Part shown: positions 14,838 to 24,717 of the stretch, piece by piece
How the letters are laid out: each line of letters opens with the position of its first letter
How positions within the stretch are numbered: the stretch's first letter is position 1
DNA from: Candidatus Methanoperedens sp.
GTDB taxonomy: Archaea > Halobacteriota > Methanosarcinia > Methanosarcinales > Methanoperedenaceae
Assembly (NCBI GenBank): GCA_027460535.1
Contig: JAPZAR010000006.1
Location: forward strand, 79,981-111,980
Length of the DNA: 32,000 bases
Reading direction: 5' to 3'
Notes under the pieces: generated by a model
What the model was told of the DNA's origin: nothing
What the model saw: the letters and a program-made list of their open reading frames with translations, nothing else
Database searches by the model: none
Position numbers and translations under genes: made by a program

Positions 14838-15437
14838 TTATTTCAATTCTTCTTTTTTATGTGACCATTGAGGGTAGTGCTTCCTGGCCCATTCTTCTTC
14901 TACGGATCCAAAAATAATGCCATGCAGCGACTGGCTTTGATAAAAACTATAGAGTATATGGCCAGAAAATACCATGATCGCTACAACCGCTAAAGTGTCA
15001 TGGATCATAAAGTTCAGTTCTACAAAGTTAATACTGAACATAGATTTCATCCACACTACAAAACCTGAAAACGCAAGCCCGGTGATGAGCGTTAGCGAAA
15101 ACAGAAAGTTGGCTTTCTGTCCTCCATTGAATTTGCCTTTCACATAGGTTTTTTTCATTTCCAGGAACCCGATGAACCATTTTAGATCCCCATTTGTCAA
15201 AGAAGCCAGTTCTTTCATATCCTGGCGAAGCAATGGACCGGCGGAAACATAGATCAATGCGGGCAGTAAGACAAAAGGCAAAGACGCGTATAAATGGATC
15301 TTTCTTATTAAGGGATCTGCGAGAAGGGAACTTGAGGTAAGGAAAAGCTGAACCCCGGTTATAAGCAGCCAGATAAAAATCATTGCATGAGTAAAGTGCA
15401 ATGCCCTGGTGGACGCATCGAACCTGGGTATTCTCAC
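14838..15437 (-). CDS. Membrane di-haem cytochrome b-type subunit (Ni/Fe-hydrogenase/FdnI/PhsC-like cytochrome b family)
   Basis: 199 aa with a GTG start that overlaps the upstream gene's stop (GTGA). The N-terminus RFDASTRALHFTHAMIFIWLLITG and conserved His residues in predicted TM helices fit this family. Confidence 0.7.
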   Translation of the reverse strand: MRIPRFDASTRALHFTHAMIFIWLLITGVQLFLTSSSLLADPLIRKIHLYASLPFVLLPALIYVSAGPLLRQDMKELASLTNGDLKWFIGFLEMKKTYVKGKFNGGQKANFLFSLTLITGLAFSGFVVWMKSMFSINFVELNFMIHDTLAVVAIMVFSGHILYSFYQSQSLHGIIFGSVEEEWARKHYPQWSHKKEELK

Positions 15438-16177
15438 GGGTAAGACACTCCGTCTATTTTATAGCCATAATTTTCCCAGTAACCTGTTTCCTGTGTTGCG
15501 GTCAGTGTTATCTTATTGACCCATTTCACGTTCTTGTAACCGAACATCCTTGGCATCACGAGGCGCATGGGTTTTCCCTGTTCATCTGACAGGGCCTCAT
15601 CGTTCATCATATAGGCCAGCATGACATATGGTTCAAGGGCTTCTTTTATGGAGAGGCTGTCGCTATACAAACCGCTTGCTGAATGGAATGTGGCAAATGC
15701 CGCTTCCGGCCGGAGACCAGCTCTATCAAAAAGGACTTTCAGCCTGACACCTTTCCATTTTACTTTATCGACCGACCAACCTTCAACACAGTGAAAATCA
15801 GTCATCTGTTCTTCATTTTCAAGTCCAAGGAGTTCATTATAGCTGATCGCAAGTGGCGTATTTACAAGCCCTTCGACAATGAGCTCCCATTTATCGGGAT
15901 CGAACGATGGTGTTTGTTCTATGCTTCTGATGCGGAATTTGTTAATGGTTTTTATACCGGCTTCTTTTATTATGCTAAAACCAGCGATTATTATTCCTAA
16001 AAAGATGCCGAGGAATATCAGTAATTTTCTGCGGGTCATGGCATAGTTGGATTCAGGCGCTGATTCTGGCTCTTTTTCTTGAGACATAAAAGATTCCCCC
16101 ATAGTCCGGCGGTTCTTTTCATATACCTGTATATTTTTTCCGTAACTTAAAACCCGTGCACAACCCCTATATTCCAT
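15434..16177 (-). CDS. Molybdopterin-dependent oxidoreductase, sulfite-oxidase/YedY (MsrP)-like catalytic subunit
   Basis: The segment TDFHCVEGWSVDKVKWKGVRLKVL...GKPMRLVMPRMFGYKNVKWVNKITL matches the oxidoreductase Mo-binding domain. The start is uncertain: internal ATGs occur downstream, for example at 16039, which gives a twin-arginine-like MTRRKLLIFLG N-terminus. Confidence 0.8.
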   Translation of the reverse strand: MEYRGCARVLSYGKNIQVYEKNRRTMGESFMSQEKEPESAPESNYAMTRRKLLIFLGIFLGIIIAGFSIIKEAGIKTINKFRIRSIEQTPSFDPDKWELIVEGLVNTPLAISYNELLGLENEEQMTDFHCVEGWSVDKVKWKGVRLKVLFDRAGLRPEAAFATFHSASGLYSDSLSIKEALEPYVMLAYMMNDEALSDEQGKPMRLVMPRMFGYKNVKWVNKITLTATQETGYWENYGYKIDGVSYP

Positions 16178-16196
16178 CGTGTTAATTTAAGCCCTC

Positions 16197-17417
16197 ATGC
16201 ATGTTAATGCAGATCTTCACATTCACTCAAAATACAGCATGGCAACATCCCCTAAAATGGACCTGCCCACGCTTGCCGCAGAATCAAGAAAGAAGGGGAT
16301 CCAGCTTGTGGCCACAGGGGATTGCCTTCATTCAAAATGGCTCGATGAGATAAAAAAGTTAGATGAAGAAAACGGGATTTTCAAATTGAAGACCCAGGGG
16401 ATGGATGCAAATTTTGTGCTGACTGTAGAAGTTGAAGACATAAACCAGGTACATCATCTCCTGATCGTTCCTTCTGTATCAAAAGCCGAAGAACTTCGCG
16501 AGATACTGAAACCCCATTCCAGGGATATCGACTCGGACGGAAGGCCCAATGTAAGACTTAACGGTGAAGAGATCGCCGAAGCTGCGAGGTCGGCAGAATC
16601 GCTTATAGGTCCTGCCCATGCTTTCACGCCGTGGACTGCCATGTATGCGTACCACAATTCTCTGAAGGATTGCTACGGTGATATGGCCGATCATATATAT
16701 TTCATCGAACTGGGACTGAGCGCAGACACCTCTTACGCGGACAGGATTTCAGAACTTAGCTGCCTTACCTTCCTTTCAAATTCGGATGCGCATTCCCCTT
16801 ATGTGAATAAGCTTGCGCGGGAATTCAACCGCTTTGAGATGAGTGACATTAGTTTTGATGAGCTTAAGATGGCGATAATTAGGGAGAAGGGGAGGAAGCC
16901 GGTTCTCAATGTGGGTATGTATCCCGAGGAAGGGAAATATAATGAAAGTGCCTGCATCCGGTGCTTTAAACATTACTCTTTTCGCGAGAGCATCATAAAA
17001 AGCTGGACATGCTCATGCGGCGGAATGATCAAAAAAGGCGTGAAGGACAGGGTAAATGAACTGGCTGCATATGATAAACCCAGGCATCCGCCCCACAGGC
17101 CCCCTTACCTTCACCTGGTACCGCTGTCAGAGCTCATCGCCATGGCATTGGGAATAGGTACCAATACAAAAGGTGTTAACGGGGTATGGAATACGCTAAT
17201 AGAGCGGTACGGTTCAGAGGTTGCGGTCCTGGTAGATTCCGATATTGGTGGATCAGGGGTGGATGAGCGCGTCATGAATGCGATAATGGCGTTCAGGAAA
17301 GGAAAAGTTAAAGTCCATCCGGGGGGAGGAGGGCAGTACGGGCGAGTCGAGATATCGGATAAGAACTGCATGAATAACGAAGGATGTGAACCTCAGAGAT
17401 CATTGTTTGACTTTTGA
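16197..17417 (+). CDS. Endonuclease Q (EndoQ; PHP-domain plus zinc-finger nuclease acting at deaminated bases)
   Basis: 406 aa. It is collinear with my memory of Pyrococcus EndoQ: ADLHIHSKYS..., VHHLLI, GRPN, IGPAHAFTPWT, ELGLSAD, SNSDAHSP, REFNRF, CxxC...CxCGG, IKKGVKDRV, GGGGQYG. Confidence 0.8.
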   Translation: MHVNADLHIHSKYSMATSPKMDLPTLAAESRKKGIQLVATGDCLHSKWLDEIKKLDEENGIFKLKTQGMDANFVLTVEVEDINQVHHLLIVPSVSKAEELREILKPHSRDIDSDGRPNVRLNGEEIAEAARSAESLIGPAHAFTPWTAMYAYHNSLKDCYGDMADHIYFIELGLSADTSYADRISELSCLTFLSNSDAHSPYVNKLAREFNRFEMSDISFDELKMAIIREKGRKPVLNVGMYPEEGKYNESACIRCFKHYSFRESIIKSWTCSCGGMIKKGVKDRVNELAAYDKPRHPPHRPPYLHLVPLSELIAMALGIGTNTKGVNGVWNTLIERYGSEVAVLVDSDIGGSGVDERVMNAIMAFRKGKVKVHPGGGGQYGRVEISDKNCMNNEGCEPQRSLFDF

Positions 17418-17851
17418 TAAAGTTTAAAACAATGAATCTGCGTAAATACCGGTGCGCCAACATTGGGCGCATCGCCTTTATGCCTCCAGCTTTCCGGCGC
17501 GTTCGGGCCTCCGCGCAATATAAGCGCTGGCAATCTATATAGGGAGCCCCAGGGCTTCCCTCTTGGCCCTGATATGAGCCGGCGGCCTCCCCGCCTTGAT
17601 CGGATGGTGCTGATAATAATTATCTTATAATATCATGCAAGAATTAATCGGAAGTATTATATAGTCTCCTGAAGGATAAACGGCGGAAATGGTGGCTTCT
17701 CTTGAAATGCATCAAGAGGAGGTCCCTTCAGATATCTGGTTGCAGGTGGGAAAAGGGATTGAATAACTTTCGTAAGGATCGCATAATTTATGAAAATGAA
17801 TTAGGTGCACGTGACATCAGTTGGATAATCGTATAAATCGGGGAAATTCGT

Positions 17852-18925
17852 ATGAAAAAACAGAAAATCATGATTTTCATTTTTGCTACAATGATCGTGT
17901 TAATGTTCATTACCTTCGCCTCCTTGCAGAGCAGCGATTCGAAGATCGCCCCTCTTGTTTATGCGTTAGAGGGATCGGATGAGAGCGTACCCGTTATTAT
18001 TGTTTTAAAAGAAGAACCCCAGCAATCGCAAACATCGAAGCTGTCAAAGATAGAATCGGTCAACAGCATCAAATCACGGGCAGCCGAAAGCCAGATTAAG
18101 GTCATGAGTTCCATCCATCAGGAAGCATTAGGAGGTGATGCCGATGCTTTAGTATACTCATCTGGTGTAATTAAAGCCACAAATATAGGGAAGGGTTCTG
18201 CTGGGGTAATCCATTTCAGCACATTTTCTTTGGCCGGTGCCAAGGCTACCCCCTCGCAGCACACTGGTTTTCCCGAAAGCTGTTGTGGAACCGGTGGTGT
18301 GGTAACAACGTTAGAGCCTTATGAAAACATAGCTAAGGCTGAAAGTTATGAAAAGGGCCTTATCGCTAACTTACCTGTAACATACACATTCACGGCGCCT
18401 GAGCTTGGTATATATGAGATAGCTGTTACGGGCAGGGACAGCGAAAATGACATAGCTCTGAGGGTAGAAGCCTTGAAAAGTACATCAAAACGTGTCTCTG
18501 CCGAAGCTCCCGGAATTGTTTATAGATACCTTAACATATGGGCAGGTACCAGGGAGATCAAAGAAGCAGCAATAAGGTTCAAGGTCAATAATTCCTGGCT
18601 TGCCATCAACAATCTTGAAGGCAGCGATGTCAAGATGGTCAATTGGGACGGCCGCAAATGGGCACAACTTGAAACCATAGAGATCTCCGTAGACCCATCT
18701 TACAGATATTATGAAGCAAGGACCGATACGTTCTCTCATTTTGCTATAAGTGGACTGAAAGGCGTAGCAGTTCCAACAATCACGCCATCAGAGACAGCTC
18801 AGGCTATGACAGATGCTCCGGGAGTTACCAAAAAAGCGTCTGCTGAGCCGGTAAATCTGGTGGTTATAGTAGCTGTGATCCCTTTGATCGCTATCCTTGC
18901 AGGTATGTATCTCAGGAGGAAATAG
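17852..18925 (+). CDS. Secreted surface protein, PGF-pre-PGF-like domain, C-terminal transmembrane anchor
   Basis: 357 aa with an N-terminal signal or anchor. The segment GIVYRYLNIWAGTREIKEAAIRFKVNNSWL...VKMVNWDGRKWAQLET...YYEARTDTFSHFAISG resembles the archaeal PGF-pre-PGF domain. The C-terminus is VIVAVIPLIAILAGMYLRRK. Confidence 0.6.
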   Translation: MKKQKIMIFIFATMIVLMFITFASLQSSDSKIAPLVYALEGSDESVPVIIVLKEEPQQSQTSKLSKIESVNSIKSRAAESQIKVMSSIHQEALGGDADALVYSSGVIKATNIGKGSAGVIHFSTFSLAGAKATPSQHTGFPESCCGTGGVVTTLEPYENIAKAESYEKGLIANLPVTYTFTAPELGIYEIAVTGRDSENDIALRVEALKSTSKRVSAEAPGIVYRYLNIWAGTREIKEAAIRFKVNNSWLAINNLEGSDVKMVNWDGRKWAQLETIEISVDPSYRYYEARTDTFSHFAISGLKGVAVPTITPSETAQAMTDAPGVTKKASAEPVNLVVIVAVIPLIAILAGMYLRRK

Positions 18926-19264
18926 AAACTCTGGAATCAATTCCTCTTGTCCTTTGAATGCCTATCATGTTGGACAGCGGACACTCCACAAAACGAGAGT
19001 GGATTACTTTCAGTTCGTAAGGCAAAATAACGCCAGGCACAAGGTCGCAGCCATTTGAAACATTGAAAAAAGAGTATATCCAGAGTTTTTCTTTGACTAT
19101 TCACATAACGGCTCTTTCATAAGAGATCATGCATTCAACAATACGGGGTAAGTTCTGGAGAATTAAGGTTTCAATCCAGGTTTGCCTGAACCAAAACACG
19201 AATACAAATGAACCTGGATCAGCGAAGGAGGATGCTTTCTTTACCACGCTCAGGGTGGCAACCA

Positions 19265-19322
19265 TCGAAAATAAATAAGGGTCAAATAAAGAGGTTCGTG
19301 TGACCCTAGGGATCGCACGAAC
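19265..19322 (-). terminator. Hairpin (gttcgtg...cacgaac, with an inner ccctaggg palindrome) followed by T-rich tracts, downstream of hppA
   Basis: A 7 bp stem at 19294-19300 / 19316-19322 lies 14 nt after the hppA stop. The minus strand then reads ctctttatttgacccttatttattttcg. Confidence 0.5.
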
Positions 19323-19335
19323 TCATATTTTCAGA

Positions 19336-21441
19336 TTATCCCATCAGGCTATATTTAAGGATAAGCGCCCCGAATAAAATTGCCACGATATTCATCACTT
19401 TTATCAAGGGATTGATCGCAGGACCTGCGGTATCCTTTGTGGGGTCGCCCACCGTGTCTCCCACGACTGCCGCGGCATGTGTCGGATTCTTGCTACCATC
19501 TGGCAATCTCTTCCCGCCCAGGTTCCCGGACTCGATATATTTCTTTGCATTATCCCATGCAGCACCGCCTGTGGTCATCATAAGGGCAAGCAGTAATCCT
19601 GAGATTATTACGCCGATAAGGAGACCTCCGAGCGCCACCGGACCGAAAATAAAGCCCACAATGAGAGGTGACAGCACAGCAAGAAGCCCCGGGATGATCA
19701 TTTCTTTCTGCGCGGCTATGGTAACAATATCCACACAGCGCCCATAATCGGGTTTTGCCGTTCCTTCCATTATCCCTGCGATCTCCCTGAACTGCCGCCT
19801 TATCTCGGTCACAATTGTGGTGGCGGCTCTGCCCACAGCCCCCATGAGAAAGCTTGCGAACAGGAACGGGATCATTCCACCAATGAGCAAACCAACAAGG
19901 ACCATCGGGTCAGAGAGTTTGAGCATCAATTCTGGTTTGCCTTGAACAAGAATCACGGGTAAGTTACGGATCAATTCAGGATTTTTCTCAAGTAATTTAT
20001 TGATTTCACTGCTGTATGCTGCATATAATGCAAGAGCGCCAAGAGCTGCCGAACCAATGGCATAACCTTTTGTAACGGCTTTTGTTGTGTTACCGACTGC
20101 ATCGAGAGGGTCTGTGATATCCCTCACTTCTTTTGAAAGCTCGGCCATCTCTGCTATTCCACCTGCGTTGTCCGTGATCGGACCGTAAGAGTCAATTGAA
20201 ATTATAATACCTGTAACCGAAAGCATCGCTGCTGCAGCTATCGCAATTCCGTATAGGCCCATAACCGGATTGGAATTTCCGCCCATAACAAAAAATGAGA
20301 TCAATATGCCGGAGGAAATTACTATCACCGGTAAGGCTGTGCTTTGAAGCCCGACAGCAAGTCCTGTTATGACATTCGTTCCCGGCCCGGTCACTGAAGC
20401 ATTGGCAATATCCTTCACCGGTTTATGGGTCGTAGCTGTGTAGTACTCTGTTATTATTATCATTGCCGCCGTGACGCCAAGGCCGACAAGCGCGCTTATG
20501 AAGAGTCGTATATCTCCGTTCATTATCTGCTGGGTAATTATATAAAATAGAACCAAGGAAATTATTCCTGCCACGATTGCCCCGTTATACATGGCTCCCA
20601 TAATGTTGCCCGATTTCCCGAGTTTCACAAAGAATATACCGATTATTGAAGCGATTATGGCTGCTGCCCCAAGCATAAGAGGATAGATGACAGCGTTTGG
20701 ATATGTGTTTATGACTGTTACCCCGATTAGCATTGCGCCAAGAGCTGTTACTGCATAGGTCTCGAAAAGGTCGGCCGCCATTCCTGCGCAGTCGCCCACA
20801 TTATCACCCACGTTATCCGCAATGACACCCGGATTGCGCGGGTCGTCCTCAGGTATCCCGGCTTCCACTTTTCCTACAAGGTCAGTGCCAACGTCTGCGG
20901 CTTTTGTGTATATCCCGCCTCCGATCCTGGCAAAAAGGCTAATGAGAGAAGCGCCAAACCCGAACCCAACAATTTTATCAACCGCATCGATATTTCCACC
21001 GAAAGCGATATACAATCCACTCACGCCCAAGAGCGCGAGACTTGCAACAGATATTCCTGTGACCGCGCCGCCTTTGAAAGCCACATCAAGAGCTTTCTTC
21101 ATGCCATCCTTTGCAGCATTGGCGCAGCGCACGTTGCTTCGAACGGATATGTTCATGCCCAGATATCCGGCAGCGGCAGACATAACTGCACCAAGAACAA
21201 ATCCCACAGCGGTCTCTTTATTAATGACGATCGCGATCAAAATAGCAAGAAATACTGCAATAACTGCAACTGTTCTATACTGCCTGTTCAAATAAGCCAT
21301 AGCACCTTCCTGGATAGCTGATGCGATGGCTTTCATCCTGTCGCTCCCGGCATCGAGTTTCAGTATATATAAAACTAGATAAACCGCGAATATCAATCCA
21401 ATAATGGCCGCGAGCGGGGCCGAATACAATAACGGATCCAT
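19336..21441 (-). CDS. hppA: Membrane-bound proton-translocating pyrophosphatase (K+-independent type)
   Basis: 701 aa and polytopic. Signature segments: [55 protein letters not shown] carries Lys in the GNTT(A/K)A position, which indicates K+ independence. Confidence 0.95.
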   Translation of the reverse strand: MDPLLYSAPLAAIIGLIFAVYLVLYILKLDAGSDRMKAIASAIQEGAMAYLNRQYRTVAVIAVFLAILIAIVINKETAVGFVLGAVMSAAAGYLGMNISVRSNVRCANAAKDGMKKALDVAFKGGAVTGISVASLALLGVSGLYIAFGGNIDAVDKIVGFGFGASLISLFARIGGGIYTKAADVGTDLVGKVEAGIPEDDPRNPGVIADNVGDNVGDCAGMAADLFETYAVTALGAMLIGVTVINTYPNAVIYPLMLGAAAIIASIIGIFFVKLGKSGNIMGAMYNGAIVAGIISLVLFYIITQQIMNGDIRLFISALVGLGVTAAMIIITEYYTATTHKPVKDIANASVTGPGTNVITGLAVGLQSTALPVIVISSGILISFFVMGGNSNPVMGLYGIAIAAAAMLSVTGIIISIDSYGPITDNAGGIAEMAELSKEVRDITDPLDAVGNTTKAVTKGYAIGSAALGALALYAAYSSEINKLLEKNPELIRNLPVILVQGKPELMLKLSDPMVLVGLLIGGMIPFLFASFLMGAVGRAATTIVTEIRRQFREIAGIMEGTAKPDYGRCVDIVTIAAQKEMIIPGLLAVLSPLIVGFIFGPVALGGLLIGVIISGLLLALMMTTGGAAWDNAKKYIESGNLGGKRLPDGSKNPTHAAAVVGDTVGDPTKDTAGPAINPLIKVMNIVAILFGALILKYSLMG

Positions 21442-21542
21442 AATTTCCTCCTTTAATTATTTCCGCCAACTAGGTCTTAACTGTATATATTATTTACCTT
21501 GGAAATTGATTTCTGCAAGAAAAATCAGTCAGGAAGAAAATC

Positions 21543-22022
21543 TCACAGATATGGTCTTCTGAGGCGGTCTTTATGCTCTGTGTATTTTTTCCGGAATACC
21601 GGGTCATCCATCATCTTATGGACCTGGCACTTGAGTTTGTGCTCAAGCGCTGCCTGGTTGCCCGATAGATAATCCTTGCATAACATATTTGAGGAATCAG
21701 AGGAAAAGGTCTGCACTCCTGCCATCATGATAGAGAGTTTTCTATTCTGCGGGGTCATTATCCCGAATGGCACTGGCGAACCAGTTCTCATTATTTTCTC
21801 GATGTCATCATCCGGGCGTGATAATCTCGTACCAACGGCTACCATCTCACCCATCCCGACTTCTTCAGATTTTATCTGCCACAGTTTTTTATCGCCAGCT
21901 ATGAAAGTATCATAACATTCGCGCTTTGCGCCCTGAAGTACCTTCCAGCTTGACCTGTCTTTGCTTTTGTCGTATGATTCTTTCAGATCAGCCATGAGGG
22001 TGCTGATACTCTTAATTGCCAT
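21543..22022 (-). CDS. Hypothetical protein (159 aa), translationally coupled to the upstream AAA ATPase
   Basis: Its start ATG overlaps the AAA gene's stop (TAATG at 22020-24). I recognise no family. Confidence 0.55.
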   Translation of the reverse strand: MAIKSISTLMADLKESYDKSKDRSSWKVLQGAKRECYDTFIAGDKKLWQIKSEEVGMGEMVAVGTRLSRPDDDIEKIMRTGSPVPFGIMTPQNRKLSIMMAGVQTFSSDSSNMLCKDYLSGNQAALEHKLKCQVHKMMDDPVFRKKYTEHKDRLRRPYL

Positions 22023-23131
22023 TATGCGAACATTCCTTTTGGAGGCTCTGATTTCTTTCCTATCGCTTCCACCAATGCCTCATCGAAATGAGACCGGGTT
22101 ACTTTGCCGCCGGAGAGTATTGATTTATGGAGGGCATTCTTGAGTAATTTTTCTACAAGGTCGCGTCCGGAGAATCCTGGTGTCTGCCTGGCTATGGCTT
22201 CAAGGTTGACATCCTTTGCAAGTTTCTTCGGGAATGTGCGTGAATTGACCTTCAATATCTCGAGGCGCTCATTCAAACCCGGGAGAGTAAATTCGATCTC
22301 TTCCTCAAAACGGCTGCGCACCGCAGAATCCAGTGACTGGATCATATTTGTTGCAGCAATGGTGCAAACCCCGTTATGTTCCTCCAATCCATCCATTTCT
22401 GTCAGAAGCGCATTAACGATCTCTGCTACGTCTCCCCTTATTTCCTGGAAGCTGCGGTTAAGTGCGATTGCATCGAACTCATCAATGAAAACGATGCAGG
22501 GTGATAGCTCTTCTGCCTTTTCATATAGCTGGTGTATCTGGCGGGCTCCGTCACCCACGAATTCTCCTATGAGTTTTGTTGCTTTGACGGGCAAGAACGG
22601 TACTTTGGAGGCATTTGCCAGGGCCTTTGCCATCATTGTTTTCCCTGTACCTGCGGGCCCATGGAAAAGGATATTCTTGGGGGTCCATTTCCCGAATTTC
22701 AGGGGATTGGAAAGAAATTGCTTAATGAGTTTACATTTAAGTTTTGCTCTCTCCTGCCCGATTATGTCCTTAAATCCGACCATTGTTCTTATCTCGGTAG
22801 TAAAGAAATCGGAATCGTAATCCTCAACCGTGAATTTCGTATCCTTGCCTATTTCCGACTCATCAGGTTCGACTTCTATCACTTTAAAAGCAAAATCCGG
22901 GAACATCCGCCTGTCGAAAAGATAATCGCCTTTTTTCACTATGAACCCGTTCCACTGTTCCCGTGCATAGAACTCAAAGACATCCAGTTCTGAGGGCTCC
23001 GGATATTCATGGAACATGCCTTTTAATGGATAGCCAGCTGGTTTCACTATCACAGTTTTTGCCCCGGCTCCTTTTAGAACATGAGAGTATTCTTTGTTCT
23101 TATTATTATTAACCCGCTGTTTTTGTCGCAT
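22022..23131 (-). CDS. AAA-family ATPase with a CDC48-N-like N-terminal domain and a single AAA module
   Basis: Walker A is FHGPAGTGKTMMAKALA and Walker B is CIVFIDEFDAI. The second region of homology reads ATNMIQSLDSAVRSRF. Confidence 0.85.
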   Translation of the reverse strand: MRQKQRVNNNKNKEYSHVLKGAGAKTVIVKPAGYPLKGMFHEYPEPSELDVFEFYAREQWNGFIVKKGDYLFDRRMFPDFAFKVIEVEPDESEIGKDTKFTVEDYDSDFFTTEIRTMVGFKDIIGQERAKLKCKLIKQFLSNPLKFGKWTPKNILFHGPAGTGKTMMAKALANASKVPFLPVKATKLIGEFVGDGARQIHQLYEKAEELSPCIVFIDEFDAIALNRSFQEIRGDVAEIVNALLTEMDGLEEHNGVCTIAATNMIQSLDSAVRSRFEEEIEFTLPGLNERLEILKVNSRTFPKKLAKDVNLEAIARQTPGFSGRDLVEKLLKNALHKSILSGGKVTRSHFDEALVEAIGKKSEPPKGMFA

Positions 23132-23148
23132 GAAATCAATTATGTCGA

Positions 23149-24195
23149 TTAGGTATTAAATGGTTGCCCCAATTTTCCCCTCTTTATAAATTGTTTTATC
23201 CCCAGACCTGTATTTTTCAAATGATCGAATGCCATTTTCTGCGAAGGCCAGGAACCAAGTCCACAATCAGGTCCTGCGTATTGTATCCTGTCACCAAAAA
23301 TCGCATACGCTTTTTCAAGTCTTTTTTCAATGATCTCAGGGGTTTCCATTTTCGTGGTGATCTCTTCGAGCTTCGCCGGCTCTTTCCATACGTTCATGCC
23401 GTATTTTTCGTTCAATCCTGCTGCCATATTGAAGATATCGGTTCTTGAAACGCCTATCCTCAGGAATTTATCGTTATCCACAAGATCTTTTTTATCAATG
23501 AGGTCAAGATACGATGGGTTGGCCGCAGATTCCACACCGATCACGCTGATGTGGGGTACTCTGCATACGAGCTTATAATGAAGCGGGGAATGAAGATGTA
23601 TCTCCGTATCAATTTTGTGTGAAAATGCGGTCTTTGTAGCTTTTTCCAGGGCCACCGCCAGGTCGCTTTCACTGAACATGACCTGCGGGTTTATGCCTAT
23701 ACTGGGTTCATCTATTGAGATCGTGGATATGTTGAACTGTTTTGCGTTGTCTATCGAATTACTGATGAATCTGTCGATGCTCGTCGCGAAAGCATTGAGA
23801 ACATCGGTATACGCTGTCCCTCCGAACTGTTTCAGGTAAAGTTCCAAAGGACCGGTGACGCATACGCGTATGTTCAATTTCCTGGCATTTTTCCTGTAAT
23901 ATTCGGCTCCAACTTCTTCGATAGCATCGAGTTCCAATATTCTGGCTTTTTCATTTCTTACAATGAGCGGTTCTTCTGTAAAGGCCTCATCATTGATTAT
24001 GTCCAGGAACTGCTGGTTCATGTCCTGGAACTGGGGGTATGTGGGGGTATCAACTCCGGCTTCTATTTTCTGCCTCATCGCATCCCTGACACAGGTCTGG
24101 AATTTCGGGTCTTTTCTTTTTATTGCATCAGCTACCCAGGTTTTTGGTATGTCTTTTGGCAGGGGGTAACTCCCGATATCATCGAATAATATCAT
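23149..24195 (-). CDS. MetE-like (cobalamin-independent methionine synthase C-terminal / UROD-fold) family protein
   Basis: Track ORF 23149..24258. I prefer the internal ATG at 24195 (MILFDDIGSYPLP...), which has a TATA-like ttataaac and an AGGA upstream. The C-terminal YAGPDCGLGSW resembles the MetE PDCGL zinc-ligand motif. The central segment is HLHS rather than HxC. Confidence 0.6.
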   Translation of the reverse strand: MILFDDIGSYPLPKDIPKTWVADAIKRKDPKFQTCVRDAMRQKIEAGVDTPTYPQFQDMNQQFLDIINDEAFTEEPLIVRNEKARILELDAIEEVGAEYYRKNARKLNIRVCVTGPLELYLKQFGGTAYTDVLNAFATSIDRFISNSIDNAKQFNISTISIDEPSIGINPQVMFSESDLAVALEKATKTAFSHKIDTEIHLHSPLHYKLVCRVPHISVIGVESAANPSYLDLIDKKDLVDNDKFLRIGVSRTDIFNMAAGLNEKYGMNVWKEPAKLEEITTKMETPEIIEKRLEKAYAIFGDRIQYAGPDCGLGSWPSQKMAFDHLKNTGLGIKQFIKRGKLGQPFNT

Positions 24196-24310
24196 ATTGT
24201 TCCTGATTGTCATGGAGAGGTTTATAACTATAGTCTGATTAACGCAGGAATCGTTCATTTTGACTCAGAAGATTATATGTATTCAATGAATCATTTTCTT
24301 TAGTGGTATT

Positions 24311-24652
24311 ATGGTGACATTAGACCCATGTGATCGGCTGAAGATTATTGAGAAACAGCTTGTACCTGCCATCATTAACAGTGCCAGGTTTGAAATAGAT
24401 ACTCTTGATATCAAATCTGCCATTGAGAAGAATCTACCCGATCTTGAAAAAAATTGCTATTCACTCGCAGACAGGTGCGAGAAAAAATGGCCGGAATGCG
24501 GAACGGAGATTGGTCTGTGTGACAGAGAAAAGATAAAAGAATTGTTCCAGGAAGCCAGGGATGAACTTAAAAAGATATGGGAAGAAAAAGACAAAAAGAA
24601 AATAGAACAGGAGGCTGAAACCGAAGAAAAGGTTATGGAAGAGATCGCTTGA
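24311..24652 (+). CDS. Hypothetical protein with an acidic/basic coiled-coil tail
   Basis: 113 aa ORF in a gap with no competing gene. Four Cys are present. The C-terminus is KKIWEEKDKKKIEQEAETEEKVMEEIA. I recognise no family. Confidence 0.45.
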   Translation: MVTLDPCDRLKIIEKQLVPAIINSARFEIDTLDIKSAIEKNLPDLEKNCYSLADRCEKKWPECGTEIGLCDREKIKELFQEARDELKKIWEEKDKKKIEQEAETEEKVMEEIA

Positions 24653-24717
24653 AAAGTATAGTAATGCCCTGGCGTATGGGCACTTATTATTAAAATTCTA
24701 ACCAGAAAATTTCATGG

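Noticed and set aside
22104-22820. Long ORFs antisense to real genes: 238 aa opposite the AAA ATPase; 6222-6728 opposite the di-haem cytochrome; 19412-19747 and 20822-21295 opposite hppA; 893-1321 opposite ubiA; 1888-2205 and 4318-4635 opposite the paralogs; 30144-30844 opposite the multihaem cytochrome.
   Set aside because: These are shadow ORFs. Their composition is biased (Ser/Pro/Arg-rich), they have no motifs, and the opposite strand carries unmistakable conserved proteins in every case.
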